A DNA stretch of 64,000 nt from Spirochaetia bacterium (GCA_965226055.1 CBDDCA010000005.1:512001-576000); one strand, 5' to 3'; positions 22,703 through 33,937 are shown, numbered from the stretch's first letter. Notes: generated from the letters alone by a model not told the origin. Made by a program: numbers and translations.

Positions 22703-24802
22703 ATGAACAATAAAATAAAATACTCTTATATCTTTTTTACGATAATCATAGCATTCAGTATCACTAGCTGTTTCTTTTCTCTTGAAACAGAAAAAACAGT
22801 ACTAAAGCAAAAGATAACAGTACAAGCAAATGACCAAGAGAAAACTGTGATTAATGGTAAGACACTGACATCAGCAGCATTAAGTGGTGTTACAGGGCAA
22901 AAATTAAATGCATCAAACACACAGCATATATTTACTCTTCATAAATTGCCTGTATTGACAAAAAAATCATCAGTAAAATATTCTCAAGTACATTTAGAGT
23001 TAGATGGATACACGTATACCGATCTTGATAATAAAGACTTTTTTCTCATCATAAGTAACGCTAGCAGTTCTACCGATACAGATATACAGATAAGTGATTC
23101 CTTACGTACTATAGTGATACCAGATGACAGTTTTGATAGCATTGTACAAGAACAAGAATTATTATCACAAAGCAGTGTAGCCTCTCTTACAGACGATTAT
23201 ATGGATTTTAACAGTTCTACTGTAGGAAAAACACAACGCTCAATGATGTTCTTACAAGCTGCAGAAAAAGACAAAAATAAAAAATCACAGACTACATTAT
23301 TTAAGAAAATAGAAACAACAATACAAGGAAAAACTATTAGAATACTCATTTGGATAGACAATACCGCAGATAAAAGTAGAGCAGATAGGATACTTACATT
23401 ATTTGAACAAGATTTCTTTACCGATAAGAACGGTACTTCTCTATACAAAATGCTATACACACTTAATGGAAACAGTCACTTCTGGGGAGCACATCAAGCA
23501 AATAATGTGGCAGCACCAGAATCAGCACTTCATATTGGATTTGGGACACTCAATAACAATCAAAATGAAAACACATTAGGATTTATCTCTCCTCACCAAT
23601 TTTTTACAACCAAGATTTCAAAAAATGCAGAAAAAGAATCAGTTATTGAACCTACTATATATTTACACAGTGATTTCCTTAAAAATGAATCAACATTATC
23701 ATTATACAGATTTTATTCAACCTTTCTACATGAGTTACAACATATAAATCATCTCTATAACAGAAATATATCAAAATACCCTGGCAATAACATATCTACA
23801 CAAACATATATGGGAGACAGCTGGTTTAACGAATTTATAGCAATCATGACTGAACATGTATTTTTATATACTATACTAGAGAAATTAGATAAAGCCGATG
23901 CATTAGAGAATACATTAGATTACGCTGTTCTTGACGGAATAAGAAAAGGGTATTATCAGTTTAATTTTAACCTATTTAAGTATCAGCTCTTACAAAAAGA
24001 AAAATTAGTAACAAAAGTATATGATTTACATCAAATATTTTCCTCATATATTCTGGCAAATTATGGTGCAGATATAATATCAAACCTTATGCATAACAAT
24101 AGTACCAGAGACTTTAAGGTTAATGAAGAAGCTATATTTGATGCTATTAGCAACGCTGCTTTTAGTGAAACATTCTATAAAAACTATCAATCACATCATC
24201 AACCTCAGTCCTTTGATGAAGTTATAAACGATTTCTATGTATCTAATCTACTATCTGAAGTTCCAGTTCCGTTTACTACTAATCAAAATGATGCTTGGAT
24301 TAGTGCAGGACCAACAAAGATGTATGTATATAGCGATAATAACTTAAGCAAAGCAGAAATTAGAAATGGCAACGAATCAGTTGCCATTATCTCTGAGTTA
24401 CCAGTAAACAATAGCAATATAAAATCAATATTTAATAACAATAGAAAATTTGTAACATATAATACTGTATTTAGCCCATACCAACCACAACAAAGAGATT
24501 CTACATATACAAGTATTGCACAAAATGATGCAGAGATAAATTTTCCACAATTTTGGCTAAAGGGAGGTGGAGCAATACTCTCCTCAAAATCTACTATGAA
24601 TCAACAAAGATCTGACAATATATCAGGAACTCTTCAACAAGGACTAGGGGTATTTCTTTATTTAGGAGGAAAATCTGCAAAAAACAAAAATGCTTCCAGC
24701 ATTAGCTTTCCTAAGTTACTGAGCACAGATAAAGATGTAAACCTTTCTCTGGATATACAAATACCTACTGGCTCTGCTGCAACATTAGTTATTCTTGAAT
24801 AA
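22703..24802 (+). CDS. Lipoprotein zinc metallopeptidase (M30/hyicolysin-like)
   Basis: Lipobox ITSC; HEXXH (FLHELQH) followed by WFNE third-ligand motif. Confidence 0.65.
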   Translation: MNNKIKYSYIFFTIIIAFSITSCFFSLETEKTVLKQKITVQANDQEKTVINGKTLTSAALSGVTGQKLNASNTQHIFTLHKLPVLTKKSSVKYSQVHLELDGYTYTDLDNKDFFLIISNASSSTDTDIQISDSLRTIVIPDDSFDSIVQEQELLSQSSVASLTDDYMDFNSSTVGKTQRSMMFLQAAEKDKNKKSQTTLFKKIETTIQGKTIRILIWIDNTADKSRADRILTLFEQDFFTDKNGTSLYKMLYTLNGNSHFWGAHQANNVAAPESALHIGFGTLNNNQNENTLGFISPHQFFTTKISKNAEKESVIEPTIYLHSDFLKNESTLSLYRFYSTFLHELQHINHLYNRNISKYPGNNISTQTYMGDSWFNEFIAIMTEHVFLYTILEKLDKADALENTLDYAVLDGIRKGYYQFNFNLFKYQLLQKEKLVTKVYDLHQIFSSYILANYGADIISNLMHNNSTRDFKVNEEAIFDAISNAAFSETFYKNYQSHHQPQSFDEVINDFYVSNLLSEVPVPFTTNQNDAWISAGPTKMYVYSDNNLSKAEIRNGNESVAIISELPVNNSNIKSIFNNNRKFVTYNTVFSPYQPQQRDSTYTSIAQNDAEINFPQFWLKGGGAILSSKSTMNQQRSDNISGTLQQGLGVFLYLGGKSAKNKNASSISFPKLLSTDKDVNLSLDIQIPTGSAATLVILE

Positions 24803-24828
24803 AGCATACAATATTGATGCTTATTATA

Positions 24829-25236
24829 TCAATCTCTGCTAAGCATTTTTTCTATGTTTTTAATTGATTTTTCTACTGTATTTAAGCGATATTCCATAGT
24901 ATTAAGCACCCAAAACATAAAATGATTATGTTTATGCTGAGAATATATCATTAACATTATTTTTGCAGACACAAGAAAAATTGCAAGTTCAAGTGATATA
25001 AAATCAGGAAGAATTTTGAAAACAGCTTGTAAAAACAGCAAAGATAACAATAAAATAGCAAACACCATATTTGTAATAAGATCTTTAGAAGAAAATTTTG
25101 CCCCTCCAAGCTCTCCTATATCTTTCCTTATTTTTTCTTTTTCTGCTTCATAGTATTTAATCTCCTCTCGCAACCGCTCCTTCCTATTGTGCATTTCTAT
25201 ATCATGTTCTTTTTGTTCTTTATTTTTAGTTTTCAT
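24829..25236 (-). CDS. Hypothetical 2-TM protein with coiled-coil N-terminus
   Basis: 135-aa ORF, charged N-terminus plus two hydrophobic segments. Confidence 0.6.
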   Translation of the reverse strand: MKTKNKEQKEHDIEMHNRKERLREEIKYYEAEKEKIRKDIGELGGAKFSSKDLITNMVFAILLLSLLFLQAVFKILPDFISLELAIFLVSAKIMLMIYSQHKHNHFMFWVLNTMEYRLNTVEKSIKNIEKMLSRD

Positions 25237-25286
25237 TTCTTTTCATATTCTCCTTTATGATATAATTGTACAAGAAAGGAGAAAAT

Positions 25287-25505
25287 ATGACAGAACAAAA
25301 AAAAGCATATACATGCATAAAATGTGGCTCAGCCGATTTTACACAAGGAGAAGCACGAACTACTGGTGGCTTTCTTTCAAAACTAGTCGATGTACAAACC
25401 AACAAATTTGTCACCATAGAATGCAATAATTGTGGGTACACCGAATTTTACAAAAGAAAATCTTCAATGGGTGGAAATATAGTAGATTTTCTCTTTGGAG
25501 GATAA
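25287..25505 (+). CDS. Small zinc-ribbon protein (DUF2082-like predicted nucleic-acid-binding)
   Basis: CIKCG...CNNCGYTEFY; AGGAG RBS before ATG 25287. Confidence 0.8.
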   Translation: MTEQKKAYTCIKCGSADFTQGEARTTGGFLSKLVDVQTNKFVTIECNNCGYTEFYKRKSSMGGNIVDFLFGG

Positions 25506-25544
25506 GCTACTATATCCCTATACCATCACTATCAAATACAATTT

Positions 25545-25617
25545 TAGTGGCGAAGGGACTTGAACCCCCGACAGAACGGATATGAGCCGTTTGCTCTACC
25601 AACTGAGCTACGCCACC
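25545..25617 (-). tRNA. tRNA with CAT anticodon (elongator Met or Ile2); CCA not encoded
   Basis: Revcomp ggtggcgtagctcagttggtagagcaaacggctCATatccgttctgtcgggggttcaagtcccttcgccacta folds to a cloverleaf with D-loop GG and T-loop TTCAA. Confidence 0.92.
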
Positions 25618-25741
25618 ATGTATGATACTCGTAAATACTATATTAGTAATATAATAAACAGCATCTATGCAATATAAGACTATTATAGCATAAATATATT
25701 TATATGTATAATAAAAAAAATCTACCTATCCGCATACTCAA

Positions 25742-26356
25742 ATGAACACTATCTTGCATAAAAATATACTTATATTTTGTACAAATATAACAAAAAAATT
25801 AGAAATACACATTTTACTACACTCACAGACAGTATTTCATCATAAAACAATATACCATACAGCATATGATTTAATAAAAAAAAACAAAATACAAACTCCT
25901 CTGCTTGTACAACAATTTCAGATATATGTACACAATAACAACGACAACAATACAGCTTTACTACAACACAAAAAAACAGACAGAGACTCTTCCTTTACTT
26001 CACATAATACACAAACATGTATCCATGCCCTTATTCAATTAAATAAGACAACAGATACCCTCTTATTACAAACTATGAAGAAAAGAGATATTCAAACTCA
26101 TACTATAAAGAACAGTGTAAAAGAACACAATAGAGGAAATATGCCTATCCTATTTCATAACAACGAAGATACGCATTTAGTTGAATTCATAAGAATACTA
26201 AAAGCAACTATTGACGGGTATATAACAAATAATACACATACTATCACACAATGCTCTGGCATACTACATCAAAAATTATTAGAGATACAATTACCTCACA
26301 ATAGCCTCATATACCATTTCTATCTATTACTACTACAAATGCTACAGTCTCTATAG
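25742..26356 (+). CDS. Hypothetical protein
   Basis: 204-aa ORF filling the gap between tRNA and terminator; no recognisable motif. Confidence 0.35.
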   Translation: MNTILHKNILIFCTNITKKLEIHILLHSQTVFHHKTIYHTAYDLIKKNKIQTPLLVQQFQIYVHNNNDNNTALLQHKKTDRDSSFTSHNTQTCIHALIQLNKTTDTLLLQTMKKRDIQTHTIKNSVKEHNRGNMPILFHNNEDTHLVEFIRILKATIDGYITNNTHTITQCSGILHQKLLEIQLPHNSLIYHFYLLLLQMLQSL

Positions 26357-26456
26357 ACATACGACATTTTTTATTCATTGCATATTATGTGCTACTATCA
26401 AAAATAAAATGCGAGCAAAAGATTCAGCTTCAATAGAGAATAAAAATAAATACAAT

Positions 26457-26490
26457 AGGAGCTATCATCTCACATAAGACAATAGCTCCT
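26457..26490 (-). terminator. Hairpin downstream of DUF285 paralog 2
   Basis: aggagctatcatctcacataagacaatagctcct; homologous to 34029-34060. Confidence 0.6.
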
Positions 26491-26514
26491 CCATATACAA
26501 GAGTTATCTATGCT

Positions 26515-29500
26515 CTATCGAGAAGATGGTCCTGTATAGCTTCCTCCTGCCCAATTTGGTATTTTGTTTGAAGCTACACCAGATCTTGCAAATGCATTGT
26601 TAGTAATGATACTTCTTGATCCAAGATGATCTTTCCATTCATAGATATCCTGATTAAAGGAGCTTGCCCCATAAAACATACTTTTCATAGTAGTAAGACT
26701 GCTTACATCCCACTCTGATATATCTTGATTAAACGCTTTTGCGTTATAAAACATACCAGCCATAGTGGTAACTTTCCTTACATCCCAATCCGATATATCT
26801 CCATTAAATGACGAAGTATGAAACATATCTGTCATACTAGTAACTGTCTTTACATCCCAATCCGATATATCTCCATTAAATTTCGATCTATTAAACATTC
26901 TATACATAGTTGTGACATTACTCACATCCCAGCCTGATATATCTCCATTAAATTTCGATCTATAAAACATATAATTCATTCTGGTAACTGCACTCACATC
27001 CCAGCTTGATATATCCTTATTAAATTGCGAGCTCCAAAAAATACCTTCCATAGTGGTAACTTTCCTTACATCCCACCCCGATATATTCCCATTAAATTGC
27101 GAGCCATAAAACATATAACTCATATTACTAACATTACTCACATCCCAGCCTGATATATCTCCATTAAATTTCGATCCAAAAAACATCCTAGCCATACTTG
27201 TACTGTTACTTACATCCCAACTTGATATATCCCTATTAAACTGTGATTTATAAAACATATAACTCATATCCCTAACATTACTTACATCCCAACTTGATAT
27301 ATCTCTATTAGATTGCGAGCCATAAAACATACCTCTCATATTGGTAACTGAACTTACATCCCAGCCTAATATATCTCCACTAAATTGCGATGACTTAAAC
27401 ATATTTCTCATATTGGTAACTGAACTTACATCCCACCCCGATATATCCCCATTAAATTTCGATTGATAAAACATATAACTCATATCCCTAACATTACTCA
27501 CATCCCAACTTGATATATCTCCATTAAAATTTCTCAACTCACTATCATTAAATACTCCATTCATATCTATAATATTGCCTGTATATATGAAATTTAAATC
27601 TGCGTTATTATCATCTGGCCTCCCATCATCATTCGTATCCATCACACCCTTTATCGCTACTATCAATTCTGTTTTATTCATAGGATAATATTTATATATT
27701 TTCGCAAGCTGCACTACCTCTATACTAAACTCTTTTGCTACTCTTTTTCCTGCATATGCACCATTCCCTGTAAACACAATAGTATATGTTGTATGAGACA
27801 ATGCTTTGGTAGGAGTACCACTTATCGTTCCATTTTGTGCATTAAGCTGTAACCCTGTGTCTGCAGTAAATGTATTTGGCTCTATACTATATGCTCCCGT
27901 TGCCTTAAAGGTTGAAACTCCAGTATTACTGAGCATAATACTGACATTAGGCTGCCCTACTCCTACGGTTAATGCTGAGATACCGATTCCTAAATAGGTC
28001 TGTGATATGCTATACATCCAGCTTGGCATTTTATCATTAGAGACATTAGTATTCGTAAGTATATTTCCTATAGCCACTGTTCTTCCTGCTATATGCTCTC
28101 CCCATGCTTCCAAATCCTTATCAAAGGCAGTTGCTCCCTGAAACATTGACTGCATAGTAGTTACATCATCAACTGCCCACCCCGATATATCATTATTAAA
28201 CGCTGTTGCTCCTTGAAACATTGACTGCATAGTAGTTACACTGTCAACTGCCCACCCCGACATATCTTGATTAAAGGCGGTTGCTCCTTGAAACATTGAC
28301 TGCATATTTGTAACTTTACTTACATTCCAACCTGATATATCTTTATTAAATTGCGACTCCTTAAACATCTCTCGCATATTTGTAACTTTACTTACATCCC
28401 AGCTTGATATAGTTCCATTAAAATTTTTCAGTGCATTATCATTAAATACCCCGCTCATATCTGTTATGTATCCTGTATATATTCCACTCAAGTCTGCTGC
28501 ATTCCCATTTGATGCTACCACTGTTTTTATATTTGTTATCAAAGCACTCTTTGTTTTTGGGTAGTATGTATATGTACCACTGCCGTCATGTATTTGTATG
28601 GTAAATTCTTTTATACGCCTTTTTCCTGCATAATCACCAGTCCCTGTAAACACAATTATATATTTTCTCAGTGCAAGTGCTTTTGTAGGACTACCGCTTA
28701 TCGCTCCACTCCCTGCATTAAAGGTCAAGCCTGTGTCTGCAGTAAAGGTACTTGGCACTATACTATAGCCCCCTGTCGCATTAAAAGTACTCACTCCAGT
28801 ATTAGTCAATGGAATACTAATATTCTGCTGCCCTTTTACCATAGTAAATAATGACGCAACATTGCCTCCATATCTCTGTGATATACGATACATCCAGCTC
28901 GGTATGTTTGCATCAGAGACACCAGCATTCGTAAATATATTTCCCATAGCTACTGTTCTTCCTGCTATATGTTCTCCCCATGCTTCTAAATCTTGAGCAA
29001 ACGTTGTTGCTTCGCGAAACATTTGTTCTATAGTAGTTACACTGTCAACTTCCCACCCCGCTATATCTTGATTAAATGCTTCTGCATTATTAAACATAGA
29101 TGCCATAGTGGTCACTTTTCTTACATCCCAACTTGCTATGTTTTTATCAAACACGGTATTATCCTTAAACATATTACTCATATCGGTAACTTTTCCTACA
29201 TCCCACCTTGATATATCTTGATTAAATGCACTCCTATTGAACATATTAGACATATTTGTTACTTTCTTTACATCCCAGCCTGATATATCCTTATTGAATT
29301 GACTCTCCTTAAATAGCTCACTCATATTAGTAACTTTACTGACATCCCACCCTGATATATCCCCATTAAAACTTCTTAAAGCACTATCATTAAATACTCT
29401 ACTCATATCCGTAATAGCTCCTGTATATATGCTATTCAAATCGGCACTGTTATTATCAGGGGTGTCATCATCATCAGTATCCATCACATCCTTTATTGCT

Positions 29501-32500
29501 GCTATCAACTCTGCTTTATTGGTAGGAGAGTGGCTATACTTTCCTGCTGCTACTGTCATGCTCAATGGTATCTTATAGCTCTTGCCTGCATAATCTCCTG
29601 TTCCACTAAAGAGCAGTGTATAGCTTTTTGTACTTTGTGCTTTTGTTGGACTTCCGCTTATCGTTCCTGTACTTGCATCTAAGCTAAGTCCTATATCCGC
29701 TATGCTCGGAGAGATAGTATAGCTTCCCACTGCCGTAGTAGGATACTTCTTACTTACTGTTATTGCACCATTTGCTTCTATGGCTTTGCCTACAAACCCA
29801 CTTATAGTACTGCTCTCAGTTCCTCCAACAGTAAGCACAAAATCGTAGAGCCATGTAGGAATATTGCCTTCAGAGAGTATCACTCCACTGTTATCTGCTG
29901 TATTGAACATTTTATCTGTATTTACTGCTCTTCCTACCATATGCTCTCCCCATGCCTCTAAATCCTTATCAAAGGCTGTTGCTCCTTGAAACATTGATTG
30001 CATAGTAGTTATATTATCAACTTCCCACCTTGATATATCTTGATTAAACGCTCCTGTTTCACTAAACATCTGTCTCATAGTAGCTACCTTGCTTACATTC
30101 CAATAGGATATATCCTGATTAAATGCTGTGTTCTTATAGAACAGTAACTCCATATCTGCAACACTGCGAACATCCCATAGGCTTATGTCATTGTTATACG
30201 ATGTTTCTCGAAACATCTCATTCATAGTTGTGACATTACTTACATCCCAGCCTGATATATCTCCAGCATATGATGATTTCTTAAATATATCATTCATATT
30301 TGTAACATTCCCTACATCCCAATTTGTTATGTCTCCATTTTCCCCTGTAAACTTCGATTCTTCAAACATACTGTTCATATTTGTTACATTACTGACATCC
30401 CAACCTGATATATCCCCATTAAAATCTCTCAAACTACTATCATAAAATATCTTACTCATATTTGTTATATGCCCTGTATTTATTACATTTAAGTTTGCTG
30501 TATTCCCATTAGGATTTCCATCTCCATCATCATCTGCTGCCATTACTGTTTTTATATCTGCTATCAATTCTGCTTTTGTCTTAGGAAAATATGTTTGACT
30601 GCTCGTATCCTGTATCGTAAGAGTGAGAGTAGTACTTTTTTGTTTGCCAGCATAGCCTCCATTTCCTACAAAGGTTATGGTATATTCTTTTGTAGCCAAT
30701 GCTACCGTAGGATTACCACTTATCTCTCCAGTTGTTGCATTAAATGTCAACCCTGTATCTGTAGTAAATGTATCGGGTACTATGCTATAAGTTCCTGTTG
30801 CTGCTTTCGGTGTTCTGTAAATAGAGAAAACAATATTTTTATCATTCATAGTAAGCATTCTCTTACTTACCGTACCTTTCGTATCTTTATATCTAAGAGT
30901 ATATATCCACGAAGGAAGCTTTTCATCAGGTAAATGAGAAAATATACCTTTTACATTCAGTGGTTTTCCTGATTCTGTTAGTTCTGGTATATGCTCCCCC
31001 CATGCTTCTAAATCTTGATTAAATGATGTTGCTCCATTAAACATATCCTCCATAGTAAAAACTGTCCCAACATCCCATTTGGATATATCCTGATTAAACA
31101 ATGTTGCTCCTTGAAACATTTTATCCATGTCTGCAACTATACTTACATCCCAGCCTGATATATCGCCATTAAATTGTGAATTACGAAACATACCCTCCAT
31201 ATCATAAACATTACTGATATCCCACTTTGATATATCCCCAGTAAATTGTGATCCTTGAAACATATAAAACGTAAAGTTTACATTACTTACATCCCAGTCC
31301 GATATATCCCCATCAAATTGCGATTGATGAAACATATAACCCATCCTTGTTACACTACTCACATCCCATTTTGATATATCCCCATTAAACTGCGAATTAT
31401 AAAACATGGTTCGCATAGTGATAACATTACTCACATCCCATTTTGATATATCCCCATCAAATTGCGATTCCTCAAACGTACTTTGCATAATTGTAACATT
31501 ACCTACATCCCAGTCCGATATATCCCCAGTAAATTGTGATTCTTCAAACGTACTTTGCATAATTGTAACATTACTTACATCCCAATCCGATATATCCCCA
31601 TCAAATTGCGATTGATGAAACATATAAGCCATCTTTGTTACACTACTCACATCCCATTTTGATATATCCCCAGTAAATTGTGAGTAACGAAACATCTCAT
31701 TCATAGTTGTGACATTACTCACATCCCATTTCGATATATCCCCATTAAAACTTCTCAAGGCACTATCATTAAATACTTTACTCATATCCGTAACATTCCC
31801 TGTATAAATGACATTCAAGTCTGCTTTATTATCATCTGGCGTCCCATCACCGTTTATATCCATTACCTTTTTTATTGCTGCTATCAACTCTGTTTTATTA
31901 CTAGGAAAATATGCGTATTGTCCTTGATTTGCCTTTACCTCTAATGAAAAAGGGATAGCAAGACTCTTACCTTGAAACTTAGCATCTCCAGTAAAAGTAA
32001 TCGTATATGCTTTTTTACTCAATTCTTGTGTTGCTATCCCTTTTATTGTTCCTTCTTGTGCATCAAATAATAAGCCTGTATCTGCGCTAAGTGTATTGGG
32101 AGCTATACTGTATTGTCCCGTTACATTTGATGGAAATTGCTTTTTAATCCTCACTACTATATTTTGATATTGCAGCGCAGTAAGATCGTTTATGCTTTCT
32201 TCTTGATATACCACATCAAACACATATGCCCATGTAGGTATCTTTTCATCAGATACACTAGAACTATCAAATATACCTGCTATGTTTACTGTCCTTCCTG
32301 CTATATGCTCTCCCCATGCTTCCAAATCTTGATCAAATGCTTTTGTTGAATTAAACATATTCTCCATAGTAGTTACAGTATCAACTGCCCATCCCGATAT
32401 ATCTTGATTAAAGGCTGCTGCACCATAAAACATACCTTCTATACCGTCAACTTTCTTTACGTCCCAACGTGATATATCGCCATTAAACTTTGAGTCACGA

Positions 32501-33876
32501 AACATATTTTCCATATTTGTAACATTACTCACATCCCATTTTGATATATCTCCATTAAATTGTGAATCACGAAACGTATTGTGCATCCAATACACACTAC
32601 TTACATCCCAACTTGATATATCTCCATTAAATTGTGAACCTTGAAACATATATCCCATTTCCCCCACATTACTTACATCCCATTTCGATATATCTCCATT
32701 AAACTTTGAGTCACGAAACATATGGTTCATAAATTTTGCATTACTTACATCCCATTTCGATATATCGCCACTAAAATCTCTCAACATACTATCATTAAAC
32801 ACATAACTCAGGCTAGTAATAGCACTTACATCAATACCATTGAGATCTGCTGTAGCATTATCAATAATGCCATTCCCATCGGTATCTAAGATAACTTTTA
32901 ATATCGCTTTTAGCTCTTCTCTTGTCTTAGGTTTTGTTGAGTAATTCTTCACTGATACCGATAGGGTCGCTTTTAAATTTTTATTTACTGCCTTATCAAA
33001 TTCTCCTGTGCCATTAAAAGTAACAGTAAACCTATGAGGACTTCCCTTTGTTAGCGTTTTAAGATCTCCTGCATTTGCTGTTATTGTCCCTGTACTTGTA
33101 TCAAAATTCATCCCTGTTGGAAGTGCATCTCTCCCTGCTAACACTGGCAGCAATGTAAATGTTCCTGTTGTTGTTACTGGCCACCGAGTGATAGACACAT
33201 TCACTGCTCGTCCTACTATTGCTACTACTACCTTTGGCTCTAACAGCACCTCCAATGTCAACCATCTGGGATCCTCAGTAACCCCTGAATTCTTAAATAC
33301 ATCTTGACTCACTTTACTTACCGCAGGTGCTACTGCCCATAATTTTAAGTCCCGAGTAAAGGCAGCTGTTCCTTCAAACATACTGTTAATCTGTCTTACA
33401 TTACTTACATCCCAGCCTGATATATCACTATTAAATGATGTAGCTCCCTTAAACATATTACTCATGTTTGTTACTTTGCTTACATCCCATTTTGATATCC
33501 CTCCACGAAACCCCGTCACTCCTTCAAACATACCACTCATATTTGTTACATGGCTTACATCCCACTCCGACACATTGCCACTAAAGGTAGGAAACTGGAC
33601 AAACAAATTACTCATATCAGCAACCTTACTTACATCTATATCGTTTAAGTCTGCTGCCATATCTTTACTTAATCGCTCAGAGATAAGCTGTAATAATTGC
33701 GACTTTGAGCTAGGTTGTACCTTTCCTCCTCCCCCTCCAGGAGTAGGAGAAGAACCTCCACCAGAGCCCCCTCCCTTAGGACCTTCACAACCCAATAATA
33801 CTACTGCTATCAATAATAGTAGTATTCCTCCCACATATACACCATTACTATGTATAAACACATTATTTCTTCTCAT
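26515..33876 (-). CDS. Giant DUF285/BspA-type LRR + Ig-like surface lipoprotein; paralog 2 (7 repeat blocks)
   Basis: 2453 aa; lipobox LLGC; same modular architecture as 95..8137; GGAG RBS. Confidence 0.9.
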   Translation of the reverse strand: MRRNNVFIHSNGVYVGGILLLLIAVVLLGCEGPKGGGSGGGSSPTPGGGGGKVQPSSKSQLLQLISERLSKDMAADLNDIDVSKVADMSNLFVQFPTFSGNVSEWDVSHVTNMSGMFEGVTGFRGGISKWDVSKVTNMSNMFKGATSFNSDISGWDVSNVRQINSMFEGTAAFTRDLKLWAVAPAVSKVSQDVFKNSGVTEDPRWLTLEVLLEPKVVVAIVGRAVNVSITRWPVTTTGTFTLLPVLAGRDALPTGMNFDTSTGTITANAGDLKTLTKGSPHRFTVTFNGTGEFDKAVNKNLKATLSVSVKNYSTKPKTREELKAILKVILDTDGNGIIDNATADLNGIDVSAITSLSYVFNDSMLRDFSGDISKWDVSNAKFMNHMFRDSKFNGDISKWDVSNVGEMGYMFQGSQFNGDISSWDVSSVYWMHNTFRDSQFNGDISKWDVSNVTNMENMFRDSKFNGDISRWDVKKVDGIEGMFYGAAAFNQDISGWAVDTVTTMENMFNSTKAFDQDLEAWGEHIAGRTVNIAGIFDSSSVSDEKIPTWAYVFDVVYQEESINDLTALQYQNIVVRIKKQFPSNVTGQYSIAPNTLSADTGLLFDAQEGTIKGIATQELSKKAYTITFTGDAKFQGKSLAIPFSLEVKANQGQYAYFPSNKTELIAAIKKVMDINGDGTPDDNKADLNVIYTGNVTDMSKVFNDSALRSFNGDISKWDVSNVTTMNEMFRYSQFTGDISKWDVSSVTKMAYMFHQSQFDGDISDWDVSNVTIMQSTFEESQFTGDISDWDVGNVTIMQSTFEESQFDGDISKWDVSNVITMRTMFYNSQFNGDISKWDVSSVTRMGYMFHQSQFDGDISDWDVSNVNFTFYMFQGSQFTGDISKWDISNVYDMEGMFRNSQFNGDISGWDVSIVADMDKMFQGATLFNQDISKWDVGTVFTMEDMFNGATSFNQDLEAWGEHIPELTESGKPLNVKGIFSHLPDEKLPSWIYTLRYKDTKGTVSKRMLTMNDKNIVFSIYRTPKAATGTYSIVPDTFTTDTGLTFNATTGEISGNPTVALATKEYTITFVGNGGYAGKQKSTTLTLTIQDTSSQTYFPKTKAELIADIKTVMAADDDGDGNPNGNTANLNVINTGHITNMSKIFYDSSLRDFNGDISGWDVSNVTNMNSMFEESKFTGENGDITNWDVGNVTNMNDIFKKSSYAGDISGWDVSNVTTMNEMFRETSYNNDISLWDVRSVADMELLFYKNTAFNQDISYWNVSKVATMRQMFSETGAFNQDISRWEVDNITTMQSMFQGATAFDKDLEAWGEHMVGRAVNTDKMFNTADNSGVILSEGNIPTWLYDFVLTVGGTESSTISGFVGKAIEANGAITVSKKYPTTAVGSYTISPSIADIGLSLDASTGTISGSPTKAQSTKSYTLLFSGTGDYAGKSYKIPLSMTVAAGKYSHSPTNKAELIAAIKDVMDTDDDDTPDNNSADLNSIYTGAITDMSRVFNDSALRSFNGDISGWDVSKVTNMSELFKESQFNKDISGWDVKKVTNMSNMFNRSAFNQDISRWDVGKVTDMSNMFKDNTVFDKNIASWDVRKVTTMASMFNNAEAFNQDIAGWEVDSVTTIEQMFREATTFAQDLEAWGEHIAGRTVAMGNIFTNAGVSDANIPSWMYRISQRYGGNVASLFTMVKGQQNISIPLTNTGVSTFNATGGYSIVPSTFTADTGLTFNAGSGAISGSPTKALALRKYIIVFTGTGDYAGKRRIKEFTIQIHDGSGTYTYYPKTKSALITNIKTVVASNGNAADLSGIYTGYITDMSGVFNDNALKNFNGTISSWDVSKVTNMREMFKESQFNKDISGWNVSKVTNMQSMFQGATAFNQDMSGWAVDSVTTMQSMFQGATAFNNDISGWAVDDVTTMQSMFQGATAFDKDLEAWGEHIAGRTVAIGNILTNTNVSNDKMPSWMYSISQTYLGIGISALTVGVGQPNVSIMLSNTGVSTFKATGAYSIEPNTFTADTGLQLNAQNGTISGTPTKALSHTTYTIVFTGNGAYAGKRVAKEFSIEVVQLAKIYKYYPMNKTELIVAIKGVMDTNDDGRPDDNNADLNFIYTGNIIDMNGVFNDSELRNFNGDISSWDVSNVRDMSYMFYQSKFNGDISGWDVSSVTNMRNMFKSSQFSGDILGWDVSSVTNMRGMFYGSQSNRDISSWDVSNVRDMSYMFYKSQFNRDISSWDVSNSTSMARMFFGSKFNGDISGWDVSNVSNMSYMFYGSQFNGNISGWDVRKVTTMEGIFWSSQFNKDISSWDVSAVTRMNYMFYRSKFNGDISGWDVSNVTTMYRMFNRSKFNGDISDWDVKTVTSMTDMFHTSSFNGDISDWDVRKVTTMAGMFYNAKAFNQDISEWDVSSLTTMKSMFYGASSFNQDIYEWKDHLGSRSIITNNAFARSGVASNKIPNWAGGSYTGPSSR

Positions 33877-33937
33877 ATTTTCTCCTTTTCATATTTACCT
33901 CTTGGACTTGCACGCCCAATCACTTTATTATTTGTTT

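Noticed and set aside
25545-26356. tRNA as the attachment site of an integrated island carrying the DUF285 pair
   Set aside because: No integrase and no duplicated tRNA 3' end were found, and the DUF285 genes lie on the tRNA's 5' side.
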